64,000 nt of DNA from Tubiluchus corallicola (GCA_030141605.1 JAQGDQ010000165.1:372001-436000), one strand, 5' to 3'; counted from the stretch's first letter, positions 14,301 to 28,300 are shown. A program made the numbers and translations. The notes: generated by a model not told the origin, from the sequence alone.

Positions 14301-17300
14301 ATTGTACTTCTTTTACTGTCATGACTGGACATTGTACTTCTTTTACTGTCGTGACTGTACATTGTACTTCTTTTACTGTCATGACTGTACATTGTACTTC
14401 TTTTACTGTCATGACTGTACATTGTACTTCTTTTACTGTCATGACTGTACATTGTACTTCTTTTACTGTCGTGACTGTACATTGTACTTCTTTTACTGTC
14501 ATGACTGGACATTGTACTTCTTTTACTGTCATGACTGGACATTGGACTTATGTGGACAAATGAGTAAAGAAATCAGAAGTCAATATGTGAGTTTAAACTT
14601 TTAGTATCAGTTACCTACATAGATAAATACTCTAAGCTCATCATCTTACCTGACTATGAGCTTTATAAGATGGTCTATAAACACCGTATCTTGCTGACTC
14701 TCTTTTAACCTTGCCCTCCAATCGAGAAGCCACGCCTGTAAGAGAAACCACACCTGTAAGAGAAGCCACGCCTGTAAGAGAAGCCACGCCTGTAAGAGAA
14801 ACCACACCTGTAAGAGAAGCCACACCTGTAAGAGAAGCCACACCTGTAAGAGAAGCCACACCTGTAAGAGAAACCACGCCTGTAAGAGAAACCACACCTG
14901 TAAGAGAAGCCACACCTGTAAGAGAAGCCACACCTGTAAGAGAAGCCACGCCTGTAAGAGAAACCACACCTGTAAGAGAAGCCACACCCGTAAGAGAAGC
15001 CACGCCTGTAAGAGAAACCACGAATTCTGTAGCAAGTACCTCATTCAAACCATTTTAAAACATTTTTCATCTTTTATAGTTAAAACATCACAACTTTATT
15101 AAAACTTTTACTTTAACGTAGTTAAAAATCATATCAAACATTTCGACAGAGCTACCGCTATCATCATCAATAGTACATTTTTACAAACATACAACCTGTT
15201 TACATAGGCAGAAGTTACAGTATAAAACATTATGCACTAATTATCTATTTAAGAGAAGCAAAATAGGTCATGAATTACAGACCAAAAGAAAAGAAATTGA
15301 TACAATAAATTATGCATAATGCATGCTTTTGTAAGTACATAATTAGTGCATAATCTACTGTATCAATTTCTTTTTTTCAGGTCTACTTAATCACTATCTA
15401 TTTGTCTTTTGTAAATACATAATTAGTGCATAATCTACTGTATCAATTTCTTTTCTACTGGTCTGCTTAATCATTACCTATTTGACTTCTGATAATACAT
15501 AATGTTCTATACTGTAGGTTCTGCCTTTGTAAACTGGTTGTATGTTTGTAAGATTTACTATTGATGATGACAGCGGTAGTTCTCCTTAAACGCTTGACAT
15601 GATTTTTTTAACTATGTAAATTAAAAGTTTAAATAAACGTGAAGTGCTTAACTAGACATATCCAAATATATTAACAACCAACCTGATCTTGTTCATACTC
15701 TAATATAGCTAAATAGATTTGCTTCTTCTCATCTTCTTGCCTAGTACCAGTACCGCCACCAAATTTCCTAAAAGACCAAGAACCTATTACAAAAATGTGC
15801 AAACAATACAGAATTACAGAAATTGTTGCGCTTTGTTTCTCTCGTACGGCTCGTAGAGAAACCCAGAAAACACTTCATCAAATTAAACTAGTTTATTAAG
15901 CGAGAATTCTACAACATAAAAGTATGAAGGAACACGAAATGATTACAGTAAACGTGAAAATCTGGAAAACGTTTAAGTGTATCTGAAATTGCAAGTATAC
16001 AAGAGAATGTGTAAGTGACGTCTCTGTGAATCTGTGTGTGTCAGCGGCTTGCTTCACCTTATATAGGGTGCCAGGGAACATTCTAGACGTTTCCTTCTAG
16101 AACATTCTACAAGGTAAGACGATTGTTCTAATGGAACATTCTACAATGTTCTATTTAATTCTAATAGATGCCAGCGATCTCCACAATAGAAATTTAGTTT
16201 TTACATATAATCACAGTCTGAAAGTACCAGTACCACCACCAAACAATACAGAACTAGAGAAATTTAGTTTGTACATATAATCACATGTAATAATATATAT
16301 AATCACATATAATCACAGTTTGAAATCACCTTGCAGCAGCATCTTTGAGCTTTTCTCTTCTTTCTTCTCGTTTTCTTAATAGTTCCTCGTGTTTACTCTT
16401 AGCAATGGCTACATTTTCTAGCAGCCTTCGTTGTAATGAAACACCCTGTAGAATGAAATTGCAAACCAATTTTAAAATTATTTAGCGGGTCCCCACTCGC
16501 TACCTTCAACCTCTCCCAGAGGGGACCGGGTCCCCACTCGCTACCTTCAACCTCTCCCAGAGGGGACCGGGTCCCCACTCGCTATCTTCAACATCTCCTT
16601 GTTTAACTGAATACCAGCCAAACTTAATGGAAAACACCTAATTGACTCAAAAATGTCTGGAACGGGGCACTCCTATTCAAATGTACATAAAAACCATCGG
16701 TAATTGACTCACATAACTGTGCACAATTGACTCAAATAACACCGAGTAATTGACTCAATATTTTCTCTTGGCGTACTTAAAATAAGACACTTGTGTGTGA
16801 CCAAAGAACTTTTACTGCTTTCATGTCATTTTTACATTGATGTTGTGCACTATAATATACGTAGAAACAGTCATGTTAAGTACAGCTTTGTTTGTAAGCA
16901 GGTACAGTATCACAAGTACTAATATGTTAGCTTAGCAGTTTTGCTTTGAATCTGTCACCCACTTGTCCACTGCAATTAACCTCGTTGTTTCTGGAAGCTA
17001 AACATTTAATCACTTGACCAGCGGTTTGCTTTTGAAGTTCCTGCTGCTTTTCACAGGGGAAACAAGGTCATCACCAACTGCAGCTCAAGCACTAGGTGAC
17101 TACGTGTTTTGAGTGAATATGTACAGTATACAGTAACAGATTTTCAAAGAAATGTTGCAGACCAAAATCAATGCATCTTTAATGCTCAGGTCAAGTGTTC
17201 TCCAAGGTCAAACCTCAAGTGCATGCTTAATCTTTCTGAACGGAAATACTCAGTAGCTAAGAAAAAGTTCTTTTTTCAGTTATGGAAAGACATTGTTTAC

Positions 17301-19284
17301 AATGTAAATACAGTAAGTCTTTGCTTAATAACTCCCTGTTTAGAGATGTTTCGCTTGACATTTGACTCTTTTAGTCACCTAACGATTCACTTTAATGATT
17401 TTTTTACTTTGTGTAAAGTCAATTTTTATTTTGTCAGCAACATTTTACCTAATTTCCTGCATTAAAATGGCATATATTGAGTTATTTAGTTCTAAAAACG
17501 CACTAAAAATGTAAATAGTGCAATTATTATGCTTTTGCTTCCCGAATCTTGATTTGATCAACAAAATTTTTGCCTAATTTGATGCATTACGAGAGTACAA
17601 CTTGCATTATAAAATGTATGTAAAATGTTTGTGTATATATGATACAGTAAGTCCTCGCTTAATGACGCTCCGTTTAGCGACGTTTCGTTTTAATGACATT
17701 TTACGCTTTTTTCAGTTAATGACGCCCGTTTCACTTTAACCATGATTTTTTTACTTTGCTTAAAGTCAATTTTTATTTCATTAGCAACATTGTTACTTAA
17801 TTTGATGCATTAAAACATCACACATTGCATTATTCTGTTCTAAAAATGTACTAATAATGTAAACAGTGCAATTATTATACCCGTTTTTCTTCTTCCCTTC
17901 TGCTGACTAAAATAAAATGCCAGCCGTTTATGTCACCTAAAACCTACCAGCAAACTTTGCACATGCAACCTGTTGCTATAGCAACCAGACTAAGTATCTA
18001 GATAAGATCCCCATGGTTGTCCAGCGCTTGGCTTTGACTCTGCAGTGTTTATTGTTCACACCGCTGTCTAGGCTTAAACGTTAACGAAAGAGAAGCTGCT
18101 ATAGTTAAGAATGGTAAGTAAGATGTATGGGTGGTTTCAGGCAAGCAGAGAGAAATTAATCAGTAGAAATATGAATGAAACTCATAAAATGTTTAAGTTA
18201 CATATTTAATCAGCCTTGATTTTTGCCTCTGGAACGTATCTCAATTCACTTACACTAGTTTCCATGGAAGTCTTGGATTCATGTAACGATGCTTCGCTTA
18301 AAAGAAAACCGGATGATTGTGTCAACATTAGTTCAGAATCAAAAATGCTCTAAAATATTGAAAACTACAACAGCTTTTTTGAATCAAAGCTTAGAATAAA
18401 TAATAATTACCTCGGATAGTTAAATTTCGTTAAACTTTCAAAGCTACGCGCGGCTCAGTGAATCTACTAAGATTAGCAATGGCGCCTTTTTGTCGCGTGC
18501 GCATGGCCGACAAATAGAAGGCGGTACTGCGATAACCATGATCATGAACTGCAGTGTTAGTTTCTAACGTGATATGACGTAGGGCCCATTTTCGTGACAT
18601 CATGCATTTAAGCAGTATTGTAACACCTATGCAAATGTGCTTGAAGCGCAAGGGAAGACGCCTGCCATCGCGCAAACTGTGGTTAGTTTCTGACGTATGC
18701 AATAGCTGTGTTCAGTTGCCGTTAATTAACTTTCTAAACTAATTATTCAAATATAAGAAGCAACTGCTAACTTTTATATTTAGGCAAGAAAACATATGTT
18801 TTGGATAGTAAATTAAAATGAGATTGAGTCTAAACAATCATCCACTTTTCCTTTAATGTCACATTTTGCTGGAACGCATTAGCATCGTCAAACGAGGATT
18901 TACAGGAAAGAATTTAAACCGTAAATTAAAACTGTAAAGCGAAATAAATTAATTTAGTAATTAGCGACAGTTCTGTTAAACGCATTCAAATCTTAATAAA
19001 AGAAAAATCGATACCAGTTGATATTTGGTTGTCGCTCCATGAGTCCTTGCTATACGAGCTCGATAAGCTGCTATTAATCGTTGGTTTTCTCTGGATGCAA
19101 GTTCAAGCGGGTCGTATTCTGTTCTGAGAAAGAAATTCATAAAAAATAACAATAAATCAAAGACGTAAGAATACAAGTAACAAACTGCAATAAGAAATGG
19201 GTATTTACTGATATACAATCTGGGTAAACAAATATATTCATTTTTCATTTTTATTCTCCCCAAAGCATTTGTCTAGAGCCTTAC

Positions 19285-19341
<57 letters not shown>

Positions 19342-22300
19342 CTTTATTATTACGACTACGGCAAAATCACGTTGAAAACACCGGTTCTCGTCTGATTACC
19401 GAAGATAAGCAACATATAGCCCGGTTAGTACTCGGATGGGTGACCACCTAGGAATACCAGGTGCTGTAGGCTTGCGGGATGCCCACACTGTATCTCGACA
19501 CTAGGCGGAGGAGCTGCACAAGCAGCCAACGGCTAGAGGGCGGAGGAGGTCAAGTGACCCAACGGCCATGTGTAGAGGAGTAAACCTTCAAAATCAGGAG
19601 TGGAGCTCCGAAGGCGGACCAGTGCAGCATGCTCACTGACTCCGGCAGTTCCTGCAGCCAACCTGGTGCCAAACGTATCGTTCCGCTTTCTTTGGACTAC
19701 ACCAGCGAGGAAGAGAGGGGGTTCCTGTTGTCTGGGCAACTCAGGATCTCCATACACCTTGCCCAGGCATGTGCCCTGGAGAGGCCATTCCAGTGGTTCA
19801 AGGATCGGACTGCTCAGCCACAGTCGACGCTGCAGCTCCAGCAATGTGATCAATAACTGACTCTCTTGGCGCACACTCCATTGTCTTCCAAGACAGAAGG
19901 ATGCCAACCAATAATAATCTTTATTTAAAGTCGGCTTTTGGGTCAAAGAGCTATTATCGCCGACTGTAAATAACAACCTACAACTACATAACAGAGACTA
20001 TTATTACCGCTTGGTTCCCAACCTGGTGTACTAGTACCCCTAGTCTGTCGAAAACTGAACAGCGATTCAAAAAGTAACTAGTACCCCCTGGAAGTACTAC
20101 TGAACACCACAAGGCGTGCACGAGAAGCCTCTTAGACAAAATTAAAAAATTAGCGGGTGATTCAGACAACTGAAGCGCCGCCTGGAAACAACATCAGTAA
20201 CCGAATTTTGGTGCAGTCCGCAGATACGCGAGGCCTATCTGGTTCCATACGTCCACCCAACTACGACGTTTGTGATTGGCTACCTGTGAAGCAGGCTGTT
20301 CAAAGATGGTGACAATGAAGACAAAAGCCCGAAACCGTGTTGACATCCGCAGAGATATGAGAGTCAGTCTGTGGAAAACTGAACCGCGATTCATAAAGTT
20401 AGTTTCTGCTATGCAACAGCAGCCAACTCATTGGGCTTTCATTTACTGAGCTTGATCATTTATGTTCACAAATAAAAACAACCACTGGTACATTTTAACT
20501 AACTGCACCGTTATGTTAACAACAAGCGTTCATTTATTACACCCTGAGAGCCTGAACACACGAACTGTGAGTCGCAAAAGTCAGTGTTGCCCCCCCCCCA
20601 CACACACAAGGCATTTGGTTGAGTTTTTATCTGTCAGTTGTATATAAGACTGCTTAATTACCCTAATTGCACACGTTAACAATGAGTCAGCCTAAGTAGT
20701 ACCACACTGAGTACTATTAATGCGGCGTAGGTATTAGGAAAATAAAATAATCTATAATATCCTTTTTGTATTCTGTTAAACTTAACTATCTGTTAATTCG
20801 TTTCTTGGAAATAGTGGCCTAAAATAGGTTTTTAAAAGTTAATAAACAGTTAAATTTGAATAATTAACCTCTTTGTAAAGAAATCATAGTTCTTTTGGAA
20901 GTCACCCCTACAGCAAAAATGGTTTAGTCTTCCATTCCTACTAGTTCTTAACCTGGCACGGTGCCAGCAGTTGACCTGGCACGATGCCAGCAGTTGACCT
21001 GGCACGGTGCCAGCAGTTGACCTGGCACGGTGCCAGCAGTTGATAGTCAGTTAATTGAACTACACAACAGAGTGGCATTCAAATTTTAAATTCTCTAACA
21101 ATGGATATCGCATTACAAATGTCTGCATTTTCATTATCGGAGCCAGGTAGAAACATTAAGCTCGGGCAATTAACAATGCGGGTAATTTCTCAGGTACCCG
21201 GGAACACTAATGCTTACCTAGGACTAGCTGGCATTAATGACAAACTTCTAGACTCAGCAGAAACTGGAGAAGATTGGGATGATGAGTGCGGAGTGGATGC
21301 TGCAGGTAAACTATGATAATTGGTAGAAACGTGTAATTTTGACTGAGACGAGTCGTCTGCAGTTACTGCAAGACTGGAAGGTTTCTGAATAACTGTATCT
21401 TTATCACCGCCTGAAAAATACAAAGTTAGGAATGAATGAACAATCAAAAAGTGGCCCGGAAAAGGGATGATTATTATAAATAAAATTAAATCATTTGTTT
21501 ATAATCCTTGAAAAATTGTTTGGTAAAAGAAATGATTTGAATTAACTTCACTGTGATTTCCAGAAACGATCAAATACGGTCGGAACCGCAGATCTAGGTG
21601 CGTCCTCAGAGAGAGATTGTTAGGCCTGCGTAAAAAGTGAGGAAAACAATGGGCGTCATGTTCTAATACAAATTCTATGCTCTGCTGTTGGGCAAACAAT
21701 GGGCGTCATGTTCTAATACAAATTCTATGCTCTGCCATTGGGCAAACAATGGGCACCATGTTCTAATACAATTTCTATGCTCTGATGTTGGGCAAACAAT
21801 GGGCGCCATGTTCTAACACAAATTCTATGCTCTGCTGTTTGGCAAACAATGGGCACCATGTTCTAATACAAATTCTATGCTCTGCTGTTGGGCAAACAAT
21901 GGGCGTCATGTTCTAACACAAATTCTATGCTCTGCTCTGCTGTTGTGCAAACAATGGGCACCATGTTCTAACACAAATTCTATGCTCTGCTGTTGGGCAA
22001 ACAATGGGCACCATGTTCTAACACAAATTCTATGCTCTGCTGTTGGGCAAACAATGGGCACCATGTTCTAACACAAATTCTATGCTCTGCTCTGCTGTTG
22101 GGCAAACAATGGGCATCATGTTCTAACACAAATTCTATGCTCTGCAGTTGGGCAAACCATGGCCATGTTGCTGGACCAAATAGCATTTGATTGTTACGCA
22201 AAAGCTGCCCTCGAGCGACACAGTTTTGAAACATTGTTTTATACGCAAGCTAGCAATCTCTCTACACACTTCATCTAAATCTACGGTCAAAACAAAATTT

Positions 22301-25300
22301 TTTACTATTTTTCCTCAAGATTATTCTATGCAAATGAACTACTGAAGAGATAATGTTTAATATAATCACCATTTTCCTTCAAAATCTCTTGTGTCCGTTC
22401 AACGCACTGCAAGCAAAGCTTAAAGAACTTGTCGTCAGCTCCACCTAGTAGTAAAAATGTTTAATATAATCACCATTTTCCTTTAAAATCTCTTGAGTCC
22501 GTTCAACACACTGCAAGCAAAGCTTAAAGAACTTGCCGTCAGCTCCACCTAGTAGTAAAAATGTACACTGATATGTTTGTTAGGTATGAAATAAGGGGTT
22601 TTTACTTAAGCCTGTGTGTTTGCCGATTAAAGGTATGTGGTGATACTTTGTTAAATAGTCAAACACACAACACAAATCGCAAATCGCATTTAGCCCCGCC
22701 CAACTTGAAGATGTAACACACATTCTCACAAACTCCCCCCGATACAAGTGCTTACAACACATTAACAAACTGAAAAGATGGAAAAAATTGGTACTAGTAA
22801 GTTTGCCAAAGGTAAATTTGGTCTAGCAATTTTGGTAAGAGGAATTTTTGGTGCAGCAAAATTTTAGCACAGCACCCGGAAAATTGGATACAGAGAAAAT
22901 CTTCTACTGGAAAAACTTAATACAGTACTGGCAAGCTTTTGTCACGCATTTTTAGTACAAGGAAATCTGGTTCAAGGTAATAGGAATTTTCACAGTTTCA
23001 TTGCGCAGTTGCTGTAGGTCAAAGGTTAAGTGTGCCACAGCAACGAGCCTTAACTACAACTGTCACGTGACGTGTAGGTAAAGCAAAGCTGTCTGTCGCA
23101 TCAGCTCAGTAGCTTCAGTTGTTTTACATAGACTTTACCTAATTATGCATTAGTCTGTGCATAGAGTGATTTACTAGCAGGATTTTGCTCGGGAACAAAA
23201 AAATGAACTAGGTAACTGTTAAAACTGTAAGTATTACAATGACTTGGGCTACAAGGGGTTATCAATTGTAGACAAATGTGTTATCTAGTACACTTAACCT
23301 TTGGTCTTTTCACGATCATCATCATTCGCTGGATCTGCAAGACTTATTACAGAGGATCAGAGAATTCTCTATAACAATGTATAAACTGCTCCAAATCTCG
23401 ATGTTGCCTCCAGAAATACAGCACTCGTGTACGGCATCATTGAAACAGTGATAATAATGTTAGTTAGACAGTAAAATTGGTGCAATGATGATAAAAACAA
23501 TTTTTCACACCGATACAATAAGGGAATATTCATCACAACGACATGACATTATCACTAGTGTGGTAGTTGGAATTGTACATTGTAGTCAGGTGCTGCCATC
23601 TATGTGCTAATCTTGTTACATTCTACAAGCTGACTTACCTTCAGTCTAATTGCATGGTCCAGTGACTACATACACACTGGTCCTCTCCCTATCAAAAATT
23701 AATGGTTGTTGTGAAGCCTGTGCAACTCTGCATAGTTCAAGTTCTACACCTGTATACTGGCTGTGAAACAGGTTTTACTGACTGTTTTTGCTTTTCTAGT
23801 TTTTGCTCAATGTTCAGTGCAGCAGTTTTCTGTAGTTCAATAAACACTTTTCTGTTGTGTGCAGTGCAAATATTTATTATAGATTTTTGGTTCCTATTCA
23901 CACTTCTCTGTGTCTAAACTCATTCATAACTAAGTGACTGAACAACAACTTCAAAAATGACTTTCACAACTAACATCCTTACAAGCCAGTGAACTTAACT
24001 TAATGTACATTTATCTAAGATTAATACAAACCTTTACTCCTTGCATCTGCCAGAAGATGTTGTATTACATACGTCACGCATTGTAAATAGGTTACGGAAG
24101 CTGCCTAGATAAGAGAATTAGAAAATATTTCAGAAAGTACCACTTTCTTAGTATAATTCTAATCACAAGAAATACAAATACCAAAACACAATGAACCAAT
24201 ACAAAATACAAATTATAATAATAATAATAAGAAGAATTTTTTTATTTATCTTGCAACACACGCAGAGTTATAATGCAGTAAGGATAACAAAGTTTGGTGT
24301 CATTTATAATTATAGTGGTTCTTAGTAATTGTATCACGTATTACTCGAAATTTCAAGGTCAGGGCATTTTTACAAGCTTGGTTTCTTACAATACAAATCA
24401 TTTAGGTGGGTAGTTAATAATTTTTTTTCAAAATTTTCTTATTACATATCTTGCAGTTTGCCACCTCTTGAATTATTGAAAACTTTTTGCTTATTTTAAT
24501 GTATTAATTTTTTATTTGTGTTGATGTGAAATAAACAATCTATATATATATATATAATAATCTTTATTTGCCATTAAAAACATTGATAATCACTGATAAA
24601 AACTTTACAGAGATAATCAATCAGTGTTAGTTAATAAAAACTTACACTGCTGAAGGCAAATGCGTCAGTGCAATCTAAACTACTGTGCAGTAATGACGAA
24701 TAAAATCAAACATATTTACAACTATACACAAAAAAATATAAAAAAAACTATGATTTAATTAATATGGCCGTGGGTATATGAATTCTGAATTAGTGTGTAT
24801 GTTGTCGTACTGGTGTGATGGTATTTCATATCTGGTTAATATTGGTGATTTTAATTTTGTTTTAAATGCTGATAGGGACTTGATTTGTTTAACCTGTAAT
24901 GGTAGAGAATTCCAAAGTAGAATTGCTTGTTTGATTACAGAGTTCGTTCCATAGTGGGTATTTGTCCTAATTTGTTTTAGATTGCTTGTTCTGGAATTAA
25001 CGATAGGATTTGGAAAAAGGTAAATCTGTTATTCTGGAATGGTTTGCTGATGTTGTTAATGTATTTAAATATAAAAAGCAGAGTAAAATATTCTTTGTGT
25101 GCTTCAATGATTGGGAATTTTAATGTTTTTCTCAGGTTAGTTGTTGAAGCTTTGAATTTTTGTCTACCTGCCTTGTGTTTGTATGAGTACCCAGCTATCA
25201 ATCTCAATGCATAGTTTTGAAGGAGATTTAATTTTAAGTAATTTTCTCTTTTGGTTTTTTGAAGTAGCGTACATCCATATAAGAAGTGTGGTAGAACTAA

Positions 25301-28300
25301 AGTTTTATATATTAGTGTTTTAGTTTCCTTTGTTAGTTGCCCTTTAACTTGTCGGAGATATGATGTGCTAGATGCCATTTTTGTGTATATGTTATTAAAG
25401 TGATCACCCCATGAAAGATTATTGTCTACCTGTATGCCCAGGAATTTAACATTGTTAGTTTGTTTGATTACAGCATTATCTATTGTCAAAGTGGTTGATG
25501 ATGCATCATTAGTATTTAATGAGGGTGACAGTATCATGAATTCTGTTTTGTCATTATTCATTTTTAGCTTGTAATGACTAAATGCCATATTTATATTTTT
25601 TATATCTTCTTCTAAATAATTTTTTGCAGTTTGGACATTTTCATGGGCTATGTAGATTGTAGTGTCATCAGTGTATTGCGTTATTTGTGAGTGTTTTAAT
25701 ACACTGGATATGTTGTTTATATATAGGCAAAATAATAACGGACCTAGTAGTGTTCCTTGCGGTATACCTCTGTTTAACGTGGCCCAGTCAGAAAAGTTGG
25801 TTGTATCTAACTTTACTCGTTGTTGTCTATCTTTGAGATAATTTTGTATCAGTTTTAACGATATCGAATCTAATCCTATTTGTTTTAAATTATCGTAAAG
25901 TAGTTCGTGATTAATGCTATCGAAAGCTTTACTTAAATCCAAAAATGCTGCTAAAATGTATTGCTTGTTGTCTAAACTATGTCTCCAATTTTCTGTTGTG
26001 TGTATTAGGGCGTCAATGGTTGAATGGTGTTTACGGAAGCCAAACTGATGTTTTGATAAAAGTTCATGTTTATTTACATATGAATTTATCTGATCATAAA
26101 TTACCCTTTCCCAAACTTTGCCGAAACAATGGATTACAGAAATTGGGCGATAATTCATGGGATCACATTTTGGATCTTTTTTATGGATTGGAGTCACGTT
26201 TGCCATTTTACATACCGTTGGAAATTCGCCTCTCATAATTATCTGATTAGCAATGTAAGTCATATGCGGGGCTATTACAGATGCGCTATCTTTTAGAATT
26301 TTGATAGGAATATCTGATGGTCCACTCCCTTTGTTGGAACTTAGGTTATTTAATATGTCGTTAATTTCTCCTACTGTGACGCTTTTGAATGAGAATACTG
26401 TGTTAGACGATTTGTTTTTTAATTTATTAATTATATTATTGTTAATATGAGAAGCCACTCCCTTAAAATTTCCAAGATTCAGGAATATTGCATTTAGCGC
26501 ATTGGCAATATCTTTGGGTTTTGTAATAACAGTGTTGTTGATCTTAATTTCGTCAACACGCGTTAGTTTGTTACGGCATTTATTTATTACATTGTTAATA
26601 ATTTTCCATTTTTCTTTGGTATTTGTTGCGTTTTTACATTGTTGTTGTATATGTTTATTTTTCAAGCATTTATTAAGATTATTAAATTGATTTCTCTTTT
26701 TTTATAATTGTTATGATTGTTTTTAGTTTTGTTCTTTTCCCATATATTATACATTCTGTTTTTCGCTATTCTTAGTTTGTCAAGTTCAGGTGTTGTCCAG
26801 GTACTTTCGTTATTGAGTTTGCTTTGTTGTGGGATTTGCTTTACGTTTTTATATGGTGCATGTACATTAAGGCAATATTCGACATTATATGTCAGAATAT
26901 TAACTTGTGTATCTATTTTATCAGTCATATATATGGAGGTCCAGTTCATTTTTGCTAAGTCGATTAAGTATGAATGTTTGTTGTATTGGGCGTAGTCTCT
27001 CATTAAATGCCAGACTGAATTTTGGTTATTATTATGCTGTGGGGTCATTTTATCTACTAATATTATGAAATGATGATCTGAATAATCACACGGGAAAGTA
27101 TCATATGCTACGAAATTATTGTTACTATTCGAAATGAAATGGTCGATTACTGTGGCTGATGTTTTAGAAATTCGAGTAGGTTTATTGTTGTTAAGTATGT
27201 GGACATTATATTGTTTTAAAAGCTCTGTGTATGTTTTGTATGCCAGTGTGTTTGTAGCTAAAATATCAAGGTTGAAATCGCCCATTATAAGTACTTTTTT
27301 ATTTTCGAAAACACTGCGTTCTAGTTCTTCACTAAAGTATTTGAAAAATGTTTTGTGTTTGAGATTGGGTGGTCTATATATGGTTCCTATTACATAGTTC
27401 TCAATGCTGCACCAAACAGATTCAATTTTGCCAGTTCTGATGCCTTTCATTTCTTGTGGTCTCAGGTGTGAAGGTATATACATCGCAACCCCTCCACCTT
27501 TCTTATTTTTACATCTATCTCTTCTTATTAATGTGTGATTAGGTAATTCTATAGTGTTGCTAAGTATTTGTTTATGTAGCCAAGTTTCTGTTATGCCTAC
27601 AATCAGATTTTCGGTGGCGTGAATTGTATCTTTCAGCAGCCAGTGTTTTTTGACGAGACTTTGAATATTTATATTTAGAAATTTGATGTTCTTTTTATAA
27701 GTAATCATGAATTTTTTTAGCTTATCACTGGTATTATTATTGTTGGTGTTATTATTATTATTATTTGGCAAAATGGGTCCAGGGTTAGTTTCGATACCAC
27801 CAAGTATAAGTAGTAAACGAATTATGGTTAAAATGTAAGCCAGTTCAGAACATGAGTATAGAGTGCTTTCAAATTTAGATGAAATCTGTAATTTTTCCAA
27901 TTTTTTTAGAGCTACGTATTTTAGATTGACATGACGCATTTGTCTTATAGCACTGAGGTACACAACTTTTAAGATGGATACAAATCTTTTTAAAATAAAT
28001 TGCATAGAGTGTCTTATTCTATCGCTATTTACAGGAAAAGCAATGAAAAAGTTGTTTAAATTACCTTTAGTCATTACATTACAAATTACTGTTACGTAGA
28101 TCATTTTCAGTTTTAGTATGGAGAGTAATGTACGTAGTATAACTAAGACGTAAGCATAGTTACAATAAAAGAACTTAACTGTTTGATATTTGGCGTTAAA
28201 TATACAAAGGCTCCCATGATCACAAATAAATTTGGTAATTTTATGATAAGATACGTTAGAAATATCAACTATGATACAAGAAGTAAATTCGTATGGTTTC

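Noticed and set aside
4345-14545. CRISPR-like arrays
   Set aside because: Eukaryotic context, contiguous units with no unique spacers, no cas genes
12794-14604. Long ORFs of 370-589 aa in five frames ([30 protein letters not shown] repeats)
   Set aside because: By-product of a 30-bp unit that lacks stops; intronic, with no splice or homology support
19354-19473. Functional 5S rRNA gene
   Set aside because: Diverged from 5S consensus, no oligo-T terminator, and shares a downstream body with a dispersed copy; called SINE3
26697-26703. Programmed -1 frameshift between EN and RT
   Set aside because: No in-frame X XXY YYZ heptamer, EN-RT is normally one ORF, and a second indel occurs downstream
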